The notes: generated from the sequence alone by a model not told the origin. A DNA stretch of 64,000 bases from Rhizophagus irregularis (GCF_026210795.1 NC_089434.1:3472001-3536000), one strand, 5' to 3'. Shown: positions 27,660-42,268, numbered from the stretch's first letter. Translations and numbers: made by a program.

Positions 27660-30600
27660 GGTAATAGTGACTTCATAACTTACATTCTTGTTCTCATAGT
27701 GCCATATTTGTAAATATTCTAAACTTATTCTGCCTTTTTTTCCTTTTTTTTGTTGTCATTATCCGCCTTTAATGAGAAAGTAAATTGCGTGTCACTGGAA
27801 ATCCAGATCTTTGGTATATTGTAGATGACGCTAAAATATATTGATATAATTGATGCACTCGATTATTACAGATAAGTTAGTTGTACATACCATTGAGCCG
27901 ATTGAGGTTTGTTTCCGCATCGATCATCCCAATAAAGAAAATTAATATAAAACAAAGGAGGAAGGTCACAGGGTCTGGGCAATGTCTGGGCACAATAAAT
28001 GAGGTAAAAGTTTTAAATTAAAGTTAAAAAAAAAAAAAAAAAAAATAAGGTCATATGTCGATTAAACATTCCCTTTTGAGATATCCATTTAGTATGACCT
28101 TTCAGGAAAGCATGATGCTTGTTAAAGTAGTATAGTTCTGAATTGAAAGGAGATTAATAATTGCAAAAAAAAAAAAAAAATTTTACTATGACGTTTCGTC
28201 AAATATAACTGAAAGTGAATAGTATAAACCTTAATAAAAAATAAAATCCTGCAGAATTTCGGATATAATATCGGCAAATTTTCGGATTGCTGCGAAGACA
28301 GACATATAGTCACATGTCGAAAGCTTTACTTAGAAATAAAGTATCAATATATTCGGAGAATACAGTGACATAATTTATATTTTATATTGAATCATAGTTT
28401 GTCGAATCATACCAAGTTTCTCAAGAAGTGATGTTTCGTTATTTTTTGAAATCTACTATAAGTGAAGGTTTGAATTTAATTTTTTAAAGGAAGACATTTT
28501 AGTAATAAAGAACAGATATGATGATCCATAATAATAATAATTTAAAAATTATTAGATATTATATAACAAGCGTTAAAAATATACTTGATTTTTCTTTCAA
28601 AATGAAATTGAATCAAATCTTGTGGTCTTTTTTTAGTATACGCCCTTTCTCCAACAAAGAAAAACTAGTAAAAAATAGTAAAGAAAAAAAAAATATTCGA
28701 AAGAGGTGAAGCAAAATCGTAGTAACCGTACATTTAAGAAAAAAACCAAAAAAAATGGGGAAATGGGGGAAATTTTATTTTGGTAATGCCAAAAAGAGAT
28801 TTTATTGTTTATATTTACGAGCAGATCTCTATACATATAAGCATATAAAGTTCGCTTTGGTTCACCACATACACCACATTGGAGGCCGCGTAAATAAATC
28901 GGGTAAGTATTTTTTTTATATATATATTTTTTTATATATATACATATATATATACATATACATATATAATGTATACATAAATATATATATATATATATAA
29001 ATATAAATATATACATATAATATACATATATAATGTATACATAAATATATACAGTATATATACATATATTAAATGTATACATAAATATATATATATTTTT
29101 TTTTTTAAAAAAAAAAGTTTAACTTAAACTATAATTTGTTTATGAATTATTTAAATCAATGCCCTCCATTTTTTATTTAAATGCGCGGGAACTTTTAAAA
29201 AAAGAAATATATATTTGCAGTAATTGGGTAAAAGTCATTGTTTCTTGGAAAATTTGGCACACCCTTTATTTTATCAACAATTTTAATAAATTTAATTAAA
29301 ATTTCCTTTCATCCTTCATTCATTCAAAAAATCGATTATCAATTACCAGAATTGATTATTGTTATTATTGAACTTTTATATTAACGAAATAAAAAAAAAA
29401 ATTTCCCTAAAACATATATTTTTGATAACGCAGGGATTGACAAAATTTTTAATTATGTAGCACAACTTTTTTGTTTTTGTAAAGGAGAAATTTCATGTAA
29501 AAAGAAAAAGGCGCGTAACTTTATCCTAACCTTTTCACCAATAAGAATTTAGGGTCAAGAGGATTATGGGCGTAAGGACCTGAGGCAAGCGCAAGGCAAA
29601 AAATTAATTGAACTTTATATCTGATATGGAAAAAATGGGTATAAATTTGCGATACGATTGTTACAAAGAACATTTCTTCAATTTCCTAAATAAAATTCCT
29701 TTTATTGTGATAATTTTTTACAATAAAACTTTAATATTTACATTGTAATTATTATAATTTTTAAAAAAGGACAATATTTTCTTTCCGATTCATTTATATA
29801 ATGTAAAAAGAAACTACTTAACAATAATTGGTCCGAAAATGGACGCACAAAAGATTTATCATGAATTTCTTTGGAGATTTGCCGATAAAAAGCTTTAACC
29901 ATACTCTGATATAAAATACTACAATATAACCGCAATAATGAAAACATGCGAGTGCCGAATTAATGATGAATTGTGATTATTTGTAACACACGTTAATGAT
30001 ATACTGTATATATAGTATTTTAAAAATATATTTGATATACAGTATTTGTTGTCAAAATGGCATTATTTATTATTCATGCGATAAATAATTTTTTTTTCGA
30101 TTTGATCAATTGAATTAATCGATAATTATAAAAAAAAAAAAAAATTTTCCTCTAAAAAATCTCGTTAAAGTAAGATCTCCACGTATAAATAAAAAAAAGT
30201 TATATTATTATTATTGTTGTTGTTATTATTATTATTATTATTATTTTAAAAAAAATTATTATTATGACATTCAAAATTCTTTATTATTATTATATATATA
30301 TATTTTTTTTTTTGTTATTGATGTTTCACAAAAAAATCAGTCCACTTTTTTTTTACATCATACATTGCCTCATATCGATTAGCTGTTTATAATAATTTTC
30401 CTACTTGTGCATTTATTCTAATTTTTTTTTTATTTCGGGACAAAAAAAACTAAAGTTCCGATGACAATTTCCTCCCAAAAGTGGAGTTCCCATGTCGAAT
30501 CTTGTAACCTGCATAATTGAACTAATTGAGATTGATTGACCTCCTTCTTTATGGAAAAGTTAAACAATAATAAAAAAAAAAATAAAATAAATAAAAAAAG

Positions 30601-33010
30601 AAAACTAGAAATTTTTCTTTAATTATCATAAAAAAAAAAAAAAAAAAAAAGTTCTAAGATTAGACAAACAGGTTTTTTTTTTGTTATTATTTTATTTACA
30701 TCATTAATTATGAATATGAATTCCGGTTGCAATAATTGCAAATTAAAATTACTGTATATACAAAAAAGCATGTATTACAAATACTCGCTCATCTTTAAAA
30801 GAACAATATAAATTTTTTTAACAAAGAAAAAAAGATAAAATAAAACAATTAGTAATGAATGCTCTAAAAAAAGAACGGTTTTTAAAAATAAGCAATTCAC
30901 TTTTTAAATAAAATAATACAAGGAAATCTTCCCAGGAAATCTTCCCGGAAATCTTTTAAGGAACTTTGATGATTCGATTTAAAATAAAAATCATACAAAA
31001 GTTCAATTTTTCGAACATTATAATAACACAATTAAATTCTTGTATAGATTTTTTTTAGAAGGCATAATTTTTAAATTACTAAAAGAAGAAAATAATAATC
31101 TATTTCAATTTATCATCGCATTATGCCTTTTAAGACCTAACTGCGACTTATGGTCGTCATATGAACCTGATGACACAATTCTTCACTAGACCTTATGATG
31201 ATAAATTTTTTTATCGCGCTATTCTTTGTTCCTTTAAACTAAACTATTTTTAATATTAAATATGATGTTATATTATTATTCATGTTTTCACTAATATTGT
31301 CTTTTCGCGCGATCGGTCAAACTCCGAATTGTGTGTATCATTGCTAATACCAATCAATTGAATTTTTTTTTGGTGGTGTCACCCGTTACACTTATTACAT
31401 TTATTTGAAAAATGAAAAAGGAAAGAACCGTTAATTTATGGAATTGAAATTCCGTTTTCGTTGTCTTGAAATAATAACTTATTTAAAAAAATGTGACCGA
31501 ATTTTAAAACAAAGAATTTTTTTTTTTATTAATAGATTTATTTATAATAGAAATTTCTAGAGATACTTTTTTTTTTTATTGTTATTTTTTATTTTTATTA
31601 ATATTATTAATAAAAATACGAATTTTTTTTTTTATTTTTTATTTTTTATTAAATTAGGTTGTAAATGAGTGAATAAAAACTAATTGGGTTTAAGGTTAAT
31701 TTTTTTTTTTACGGGATTAGGTCACTAATGTTACACCAATAGCTATAATAGATTAGTATCAAATACACGAGGTAAGACAAAGAAAATAGTATAACAAGTA
31801 TTTTTAATAAACGTGCTATAAAAAATGCCCAAAATGTTAAAAATTCTAAATTTCTTCTTATTATTTAACGGACTTTCTTGCACAAAATATAATTTTTTTT
31901 TTTTAAAAAAAAATGGGTGTTAATACTGAATAGTGAACAAATACAGACAAAAAGCTCGAAACATACTATACTGGACAACTATTTCAAAAAAAATTGTTTC
32001 ATCAAAAAAATATTAATACTGCTACTGTAATTATACTAGAAACATTAGCGAGCAACGCTAAGAGAATAGTATAATTCTCTGGTATTGCGAAACCTTCTTT
32101 AAGCGAAAAACGCCTTTGGTCAGATTAGGAAAGTTGTATGCAGAGGTGATACAAATCACGAGTTTTTTATTGCATTGTCAAAATGTCGTTAATATGGATA
32201 TTTATGAGGAATAAACGTTTTATGATGATGTAGTATAGATCCATTCCATCAATATCATGTATGTATATTGTATACACAGGTGGATTACAAAGTTCAAACG
32301 ACAAAGAGAACCTCCTTTGCATGTTGAGAGAAGCGTTTTAGTTTATGGTACCCGTAGTTTTCTGAGGAGTGACAAAAGATATATCTGTCGAACCGCTTTT
32401 ATTATGGTGGAGATACATTCATTAAACCAATTGTGAAGAACTGTCCTTAATATCAAAGTTTTGACAATGATTTGACGATAACATTATGAATCAATAATAA
32501 TACCAACTTTTTAAGGGTGGATCAAAATGTATTACGTGAACACTTATGAAGCAATTAGACTATAAGACTAATCCATTAGTGGCTAATAGTATTTACATAT
32601 TATCTTGTACGGCTGATCAGATTGCATCATCAATCAAAGTTTCTGGTTATTTGTCTGAATAGTTGTTTTGCTTCAAGTCTATTTATGGTACTTAGTACAA
32701 GGTCAGATAATTTATGGTAGTTAAAAACTTGTGAAATCAAAAAAAACAATGGGATGTGGAGACAAATTGGTTTATGTGTAACAGGTAACTTTTGATCCTG
32801 ATGATTCTCCATTTACTGTACAATCCTGAAGGTTTCATTAAGGTATCAGATATGATTTTTATTGTGAAAGTAAAGTATGCATTAAAGATAGTTTACCTGT
32901 TCCACTGGTTCTTCTGAAGATATAATTAAATTACGCTACGTCCAATAGCACTTTCAAACAATAACGATATTATTTCTCCTGGCCAAGTAACGCTTCAAAC
33001 AATAAACTGA
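27660..33010. repeat. Segmental duplication block, copy 2 (most complete)
   Basis: Left part matches 49240-49340 and 58820-60070 (CATATTTGTAAATATTC.AAACTTATTC, GGTCATATGTCGATT, ATATTCGGAGA). The remainder matches 16840-20880 and 49650-52970. Confidence 0.8.
28918..29095. repeat. (TA)n/(TACA)-rich microsatellite
   Basis: Direct reading of the sequence. Confidence 0.9.
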
Positions 33011-35806
33011 AAGGTAAATATGATTAAGATCTAATATATCAAGTAGTTATCATGGTTCGTTTAATACAATTGTCAACTATAGGTCAGCTAATATTCATCC
33101 TCTTCCACAACGAAACTATAAGTAAGGATTAAAGAAAATTGGGCGATAACATCACAATTAAAGGTGGTCTTACGTTCCCGTCGGTCCCACTCGGTCCTGA
33201 GCGGTCTTTGGAATATTTGGAAAAGTAACAGCAACTGCGCCTTAAAACTTTGTGGTACTGTAGAACAGATTGAGGACTAATAAACAGCAAATTTTGGTCT
33301 TGATCCAATAAACCGTGCAGCGTCTAAGGAATAAAATGCCATGTTTCCCGGTCTTTTATGATTTTTACCAGTAATGATCTTAGGAAAAGTAGGATCAAGC
33401 CACTTTGCGGTCTTTCACTGTGCTACAAAATTTCAAGAGTACAAATATTGTTATTTTCCCAAAGACCGGCCTGAATAAAAAAGACCGAAAAGCTACTGAT
33501 TATCTTTAATCATAATGTTTATTTGATTTAATATTATTAATTATCCATCAAATATACAAGAAGTTTTAATATGTGGGTAACTATGTTCGTTTCTATTAAA
33601 AAATTTACGTGAGTGCATATAAGAATTGATGCTCTTCATCAAGGACACATTTATGGCGTGATTTATCAGATAAAGAAAGTAGATTATTAAGCCTATATAC
33701 TGTAATCCTGCTGCTGCATTAAAATGTCTTTGTTTTTTTTATTGAGCGTAATTTTTGCTGCAATTGTAATCAAGTTTCATAGTATTCTAGTGATAGATCC
33801 ATCATCGCGTATAATTAATTTAATTAAAGTCAATTAGTAGATGCAGCTTGATACCTTTTATCAATTTAACATCATTTAAGTTGTCTTACAAAATTAAAAT
33901 TTATAAAAATGGAATTCTATTTAAAAAACCATTATTACAAGAGTCATAAATCTTTTAAATCATCATTTGAATTTACATATATAGGACTAAGGGAATTATT
34001 AGTATTTTTTTATAATAACTTACTTATCTTCATTTTATATTTATTCAGAATGAAATTTTTTAGTTGTAAAAAATCTATTTTTTGCAATTAATATTATATA
34101 TCATAATAAATAAATTTACTTTATAAATAAATTACATATATGCTTACAATTAACTATTAGAAGTAATACTAATCAAACTCAAATTTTTTAACTAAAAGTT
34201 GAAAAATTCTATATTTCTACCAATATTAATCTATTTAAAATGATTTTATTACTATTTGATTTATTTTTATTAAAATAAATTTAATAATTTATTTGAATAT
34301 TTTGTTGATCCCTAATTGTTAAAATATTATTTGTTTAATTTATTATTATTAAAAATTTTAAAGATGTTTTTTTTTGATTAATTTTTTGCAAATTATCTAA
34401 TATAATAAATAATTTATTATTATACAATACAATAAACATATGTTATAAAGAAAATTTATATAATACTCATCATATTATTAACAACTAATTAAATATAATT
34501 TATTAATAAATAAATCTTATTCTTATATATAAAAATATCCTAAAAATTATGATTTTTTTTAAACAATACTAAAAAAACTCGAATCTGATTTTATATAAAC
34601 TTTATAATAAATTCTAGTTTCAAATATATAAAATTATATTAACTTTTTGGTTTTAAATTTTACTATTTTGAAAACCAGTGATTAGATTTTAATAATTTTA
34701 AACTTATTAGATTTTTTTATTAAAATAAATATTTTGATATTTATTTTTATCTTTATAGGTATAATATTATTAATCAAGGTATTTCATTTTAAAATTTTAT
34801 TATATGAAATCTGAATTATCTTAATATTATTTAGGATTTTTTTTTTATCAATCATATAATACTTATATTATAAGTATATACTGTATTTATCCAAAAATAA
34901 GCAACAACTTTTTTGCATGTAATGCAAGCCAAGATTTAGTAATGTACTAATGTAAACCAAAAATACTATCATATCTGCCGATTTGCAGAATTTGCCGATC
35001 ATCAGTTATGTGGCACAGTACCAATTAAAATCGATCAAAACCCGTTCCTACATAAGAAAAAATATCAAAAAATATATAAAAAAACTTTTAAGACCTCTTC
35101 CAAAATATTTGCCTCTTTAACCCGAAGCCAGTAGAAGGAGTTTCTAGAAAAAAAAGGAAAAAAATATTATAAAGTTAGTTTATTAAAAAAAACAAAAAAA
35201 AACTTTACAAAATTCAGAATATTTAATGATTTAACGAAAAAAAATTAACTGAAAAATAATTAATAATAAATATCAAATAAATTTTAATTAAACAACTAAT
35301 CAATACATAATCTAAATTCACTAAAACATTGTTATTAATATTTAGAGGTATTTATTTATTGAAAAGATTTTTTTTGAATAATTTTGCTTTCTAAATAAAT
35401 TTTTCTATAAACTATAAAAAAAAAATAAAAAAACAGCTTCAAGTTGTATCTAATATAAAATAATTACAAATATACTTGCAAAAATTCTCAACTTACTTGA
35501 TGTAAAAACTGTTTGAAAAGTTGATGGGGAAGTTGATGGAAAGTTTAATAGGGAGTTTACGTTTACGAAAGAAAAAAATTTTTTTAATGCTACTTTTTAT
35601 TGAAGTAATTTCTTAATATCTGTCATATGATCATGTAACACAAGCGTGATCATTTTTGCAAAACTTAATTTACCTAATTTTTATTAAATTATTGTCAAAT
35701 TCCTTAATTTAGACGAATTTTATTAATTCTGCAGATCGGTGGATATGTAATTTTGTTTATATTATTTATTTTCAGAAGTTGCTTATTTTTTGATAAATAT
35801 GATATA

Positions 35807-35939
35807 CTGTATACTTCTGATATTAAGCACCCCTGAAAATAAGCACCCCTGGCCAGAATTATGAAAATTTTGGGCTACGTTATGCTGTTGCTGGCCAGCA
35901 TTACGGTCAAAAAAGGTGCTTAATTTCAGAAGTATATGG
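35807..35939. mobile_element. Tc1/mariner-pogo MITE
   Basis: TA|CTGTATACTTCTGATATTAAGCACC ... GGTGCTTAATTTCAGAAGTATATGG|TA. Confidence 0.8.
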
Positions 35940-36785
35940 TATATAATAATATTATTAATTGTATAAAATTAACAAAAAATATAAGTATTAAAAAAATCTA
36001 AATAATTAGTAAAAATTATTAAAAATTATTTTATTTAATATTTAAATTAATAAGAATTTGCTATTAAAATCTTATATAATCAATTCTTTTATAAGTATCT
36101 TCTATATAAGAATTCTTCTTTATAAAGCACATATTTTTGGTTCTGATTTTTTTATATATAAAATACTTCTTTTATAATCATTTTATTAGTTATAAGTACA
36201 ATTACACCAATTGTTAATTCTGTATTATAATAAATAAATATAAAATTCCTCTGCATAAATATATAAACTACATAATTTTATAAAATAACCAATAAGATAT
36301 GTGTTATATAATCTGCACTTTGAATTTAATGTTAGGAAAAGTTTTTATTTTCAAAATTTCCATAATATTTTTAATAGTAAATAATTTTAAGTATATTTTA
36401 CATTATGAAATATTTTGTAATATTTACATACATAGTCATATTTATTTATATATGAAAATACTGAATTAATACCCTTACTAATATGCATATCTTATTATAA
36501 TCACACTATTGAGTAGTTCTGAAGAGTATGACAAAAAAGTTTAAATAAAAAAAATCTAAAATATAAAACTAATAATTTTAAATTTTACAAATAACTTAAT
36601 TAAAATTGATATTATTAATTACTATTTTTAAATTTTGTATGTTTTATTATATAATAAAATGACAAATTGATAAAAAAAATAATTTGTATAAATTAATATT
36701 ATTAATATTATTAAATTAGTAATAATATATTTTTTAAAACAATAAATACTTATTTATATATAAAATTTTTTTTTTATTTAATTTA

Positions 36786-36968
36786 CAGTCTAACCTCAAT
36801 ATACCAATATTCGATATACTGATATACTATTAAAAATTTGATATACTGATAAAATTTTATTTTCCTACAATATGTAAGGACATATAAATATCGGTATAAC
36901 TTTAATATAACAATACTTCCTAAAAATTTTATATATGCATAATATATCATTATAAAAAGATTTGACTG
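36786..36968. mobile_element. Decayed pogo/Tigger-like MITE
   Basis: TA|CAGTCTAACCT ... AGATTTGACTG|TA, with internal GATATACTGATA repeats. Confidence 0.65.
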
Positions 36969-37519
36969 TATATTGAAAATAGATTTTATATTTCTAGAAA
37001 TATTTAAAATTTAAAAAAAAATATTTTTAAAAAACTTACTAAATTGAAATTTAAACTGTTTTTATAAAAAAAAATAAAAAAATATATTGTAAAAAAAATT
37101 AATTTTGTAAAACATACTAAAATTCTATTATAAATAATTAAAACTTATAGTTAGTTTTACAAAAACCAGAATTAGTTTAAATCAAATCAAATAAGACTAA
37201 AAATAATATTTTTAAAAATCTTTAAAAATCCATAGATCCTTAAAAATTTTATAAAATTTTTTTAAAAATAGAAATGATTTTTTAAAAATCCTTACAAATT
37301 TAATTAAAGAAAATCTTTAAAAATTCTAATTTTTAAAATATTACTAATATTAAATTTATTATTTGAAATAAACTTTTTTTATAAATTCAGAATTTTAGAT
37401 TTTTATTTTTTTTAAATTTAGTTCATAATTGATTTATAAATTTTCCAAAAATTAATTTTGCTAATTTTTTTTTAATTATTACTTATTTGTAAAAGTTATT
37501 TTTTCTATATGAATTTAAT

Positions 37520-40500
37520 AGGACCCCGGACATCACATATATAACTCACATTTGAGTTTTAGCAAATTCAATCAAAATTAGGTTAAACTTATAATTTTAG
37601 ATAGAGCAAATTGATTGAAAATTAATTAATTGCTGATCCTCATGTGATGGGTAGAAATTTTGTGTAACTATTGCGGGGCTATGATTTATAATTAAAAACG
37701 AATACGTTCTGAATCTCGCGTTCCCCATTTTCAAAAATGTCAAAAGGACACTTTACTCCTGGAAAACTTGTTGCTATTGGTAACCTGGTGCCAGAACTTC
37801 ATTATGGCCCTTTTTCACGAGATTGGTGGTATTATTCTGACTCCCAAATTCAAGATTCTAATACCTATGCTATTCCAATAAGACTCGGCTTTCAAGTTGC
37901 TTTAAAACTCAATCAAAAACACTTCATTATTAGAATAGTTCGCAACTTAGAAAATCCAAATACACCAGGTTTTATTTGTGAAGGAGAAGGAATTAATAGT
38001 GGAGTTTGTTTTAGTTCTTCTGCTGCTATAAACACCATTTATGGACGTGTATTTGGTAATAAAAATAAAACAAAATATCCAGGAGCAACAATGTTAGGTT
38101 TTCATGATTCTTATATGATTCAACAAATGCTCAATGATGTGGATTTTCGTCCTTTTACAATTTGTTTATATAATATTACAATTTTTATAGCATCTATTCC
38201 AGATAATAATAATTACGAAGGGTTTGCAGCTAGTTTTACGTATAAATATAAACAAAAACAAAGTGTGATATGGCAGAAAATTGAGGGAGGATTATTTTCA
38301 ATTAGTATTTTTCAAAATGGTGAAATGGTAAAACAATTTCAAGACATAACAGCTTCTTCAGTTTGGAATCAAACCCAATTATTACGAAATTGTGATGGGA
38401 TCGATCTTTTTGGAATTAATCATCCACTCGTGCAGTTTAAATTTAAAGAACGATATGAAAGACTATTTTCTAAGACTTGCACTCTTGATGATTGGAATAA
38501 TAAAAGAATTATGCAATACATGTTCAAATTATATCTAAAAAAACATGTACCCGGAGATGATGAACTTTGGTATCGTATTTTAAATCGTTGGTATAATCAA
38601 AAAAGTACTATTATTGAAATAAAAAGCTTTATTCGTGATTTTTATAATGATAATCATGAAATTAACATGCGTGAGCTTCGGGCATGGAGAGTAATGCTTG
38701 AAGCAATTGGATGTAAAAATATTACTCCATTTGAAAGGGACGTATCTGATGTAAGTATTATTATAAGAAATATTACATTATTTATTTATTATCTAATTAC
38801 AAAATATCCTATAGATGGAATTTTGGAGTCGTGCTAAGGATCCTAAAGGTGATATTGAAACAATATCCAATTTGTTTTCAAATGGATTTTTTGAATACTA
38901 CGCTAAATTCAACAATTAGAAATGACGAATTTGAAAATTGTAAAGACATGCAAATGTTTTTTGGTATTCATTATGTGAAAGTCTTGATGCCAATCCTAAT
39001 GGTTCAAGTGGAAAAATTCGAATTTTATCAATAGTTGCGGAGAATTTCACTTATGAAGAATTGATGAAAAATTTACAGGTATGATAAATTATAATTGTAT
39101 AATAATACATACTAAATAAAAAATATGACTAAATACAAAATCTCACTTAGGTTTCGCCAAAAACAGTTCACGCTGCTCGTGAATATCATCATAAAAATGG
39201 TCCAGGTTGTAAGGCTCTTGATAAACCTATTATTGTTCGTAAACGAATGGCTGAAGTTAAAGAAAGAGAATTTGAATTATTTTTTGCTGATAAAGCAAAC
39301 GTGAATATGAGTTCATATCATATTGACAAAAAAACACAATTACCCGTTCTCTATCTTAAAGATCAAAAAAGTGCATTATGGGAAAGATTCTCAGCTATAT
39401 ATCCTGATGGAATGAAACGAACTTCCTTTATGGCTCGTTTGCAAAATGGAAGATTCAAATATCGTGACGACTTGGGAGGACTTTGTCTTATTTGTAATGA
39501 TTATGCTTATCAACCATTTGAAGATTTGATCAAATTAGTATCAAATAATATTACAAATATGAAAACGAAGGTAAAAAAACATTGAATTACCTTATATTAT
39601 ACTTGTTTCATAAAAATTCTAATTATAAACAGTATTATTGTTAGAATGAATTGATAACTCAATTGGAAATGCTTCGCCGTCACTTAAAAAAAAATTATGA
39701 AAACGAATTATTAGTACACGATAATGGCACAACAAAACACGTGGATTGTATAAATCACTGTTTACTGCATGCATTTGGCGAATGTGTAGAGCAACACTTT
39801 TCACGTTGTGCAGCATGTGACAAACTTTTTGAAGTTTTTGCAACTTTGTCGCATTTATTAGGACATTCATATAATACATTACTTTCAGAATATCAGGAAA
39901 AACTCACCTGCTACCTGGCTCATCAAACACGAAAAAAATATTTGAGTGCACAGTTCAATGCAGTGTTAGATGAATTAGATGATCATGGAGCTATCATAGT
40001 AGTTGATTACAAAATGCGTATTCTTCCAGCAACAGCAAGAGAAACAAAAAGCGAATTTTTCGGCAAAAGAGGCTGGACACTTCACACAACTCTTATTTTT
40101 CAAAAAAAAAACAATGAAAAAATGGATGTCCAAGCATATGACCATTGGTCTTGTGATACGAAACAAGATGCCTGGTTTACGGCATCTTGTTTTGAAGCTG
40201 TATTTAATACCATAAGTCCTCGTCCACGTTGGATTAAAATCATTTCTGATAATGGTGGCCATTATCATAATTCTGAGCTCATGGCTATTGTAAGTCATTG
40301 GTATGATTGGTATGGAGTTGAGGTACGTGGGTGGATATTTTTGGAACCTGGTGAAGCCAAAACCACTGTAGATTCACACCATGCAACGGTATGTTAGCTG
40401 TTGTTTGGTTTTTCATATTTTTTTTTTTTATTCAAAATATTTATTTTTGTAAATAAAAAAGATTGCTCATGCAATAAAACGATATGTTCGAATTGGTTGT

Positions 40501-42268
40501 GAACTTACATCAGGTCAAGATATTGAAAGAGCAATAGAAGAATTGAGTGGAACTTCAGTTGCTCAAATTGAACCTAATCGGAATAAAAATAATGAAAACA
40601 TGGTTTTAGAAAAATCATGGTATGAATATTATATTACTAAATTTGTTGGAATTCCTTACAATCACGTCATTATTCTTTATTTCTCAAATATAGCAACACT
40701 AATTATAAAAAAACTAAAACCATACCTGGCATCTCCAAATGGTTTGTGTGGGATTGGCCAATAACTGAGGAGGCTGCAGGATATGTTAGAGCAAAATCGC
40801 TTCCAAATATTGGAAAATGGACAGAATTTTCACCCGCTGACATAAATACATTTTGTGGTGAAATAAATCGTCCTAATCCTGAATATACAACACCAACAAA
40901 GCCAAAAACACCATGGTTAACATCATTGTCAATGAAAAAAGGTATGCAAAAATCACTTGAACGTGACGAAATGCAAAATTCACCAACTCCAATATCAAAT
41001 CAAATGGGGTAAGTTTGAATTTCTATATTTTATAAAAAAATAAATAAATAAAAATAAAAATACTAACAATTCAAATATTGATAGGGTTGATACAGAATTT
41101 CCACTGAAACCTGGCTGGGCATTAAAAGAAAATCAAAAAATGGGTAATAAAGGAGGAGGTAAACGCATAAGCAAGAAAGTTATACAATACTTGCAGGCTT
41201 ATTTTCATGCAGGTAATCTCAATCCAAAAGACTGATACACTGCTGAAAAAATGCATGAAAGTTTGAAAGAGTTAGCACATGAAAATGAACTTAGCGTTGA
41301 AGATATTCCGGAAGTAAAAACAATAAAGGGATGGATAGGAAGGTATAGTGCCTCCTCTAAAAAAGAAATGTCCGAAAAAGCATTGGAGCAATGTGCACTT
41401 GAAGAAAGTAGTTTAATTACGAATACTACTCACAATAGAGCCAGCAAGCGGCAAAAAAGAGGCTAAATTTAAATATTTTGAATTTTTTGAATCTCATTAT
41501 ATGTTGAAAAGTACTATGAAATCTGCCGTTCCCTTATATAAAACTTTTTAAAATAAAACGAAAAAAAAACTTTTTATTATTTTTGTGGCTTTTCGGACAT
41601 GTGATAAATGATGTAATTTAATAACTACTTTTAGTAACGAATGTGTCAAATTTTTTGGTTAGTGCAAAATGATGAAATTAGTGGTGATCTACATTAATAG
41701 CCCCACGTTTCACTATGTTAATTTCTACCCATTATATACAGATCGGCAATTAATAGTCATAATTATGAGTTTTAGCAAATTGTATTGATTTTACAAAGTC
41801 ATATTTTATATTTGAGCAAATTGGTACTTTTTTTTAAATTTAACTTATCCTTTTTTTTTAACTTTATAAATATTTTTAAAAATATTAGTTTCGGGGTCCG
41901 GGTTATATTTTGGCCAAAATTAAGTATAATTCCGGCCAAAATTAAGCATAATGCGGGCCAAAAACCATCCGTTTAGTTTCGCAACATTTTATTTTTTAAT
42001 AATTATTTATTTTTATTAATTATTATTTTATCTATAATCTACATATTTTAATTATAAAAATTGGCAGTTTAATTTATATTAATCATTTATTTTTTTATTG
42101 ATAATAAAAGAAAAAATTATTAACTCATATTTTGAGTTTTAGCAAATTAGTATAGATTTGAAATGTGATAATTTGATTTTAGCAAATTAGGTCTATTTTA
42201 GCAGGAGCAAAAAGTACTTAAATTCATGCAGATCAGTTATGAGTTATATATGTGATATCCGGGGTCCT
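37520..42268 (+). mobile_element. Full-length TIR DNA transposon (4749 bp), Sola-like transposase
   Basis: 29-bp TIRs AGGACCCCGGA(C/T)ATCACATATATAACTCA with 1 mismatch. AATTTAAT is duplicated at 37512-37519 and 42269-42276. Confidence 0.92.
37737..41466 (+). pseudogene. Seven-exon ~1100-aa DDD transposase (Sola3-like) with FYR-like N-terminus, disabled
   Basis: Exons 37737-38750, 38815-39078, 39151-39570, 39645-40388, 40462-40619, 40694-41008 and 41085-41466 join in frame at GT-AG sites. Motifs: VVDYKMRILP..RE...FFGKRGWTLH, SDNGGHYH, EPGEAKTTVDSHH, GWALK. Lesions: compensating frameshifts at ~38890-38950 and an in-frame TGA at 41233-41235. Confidence 0.85.

Noticed and set aside
28633..29082. 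149-aa ORF rich in Y/I, and overlapping ORF 28755-29000
   Set aside because: Translation artefacts of a TA microsatellite.
39619..40298. Antisense and alternative-frame ORFs within the transposase
   Set aside because: Overlap the conserved catalytic exon and have no independent support.
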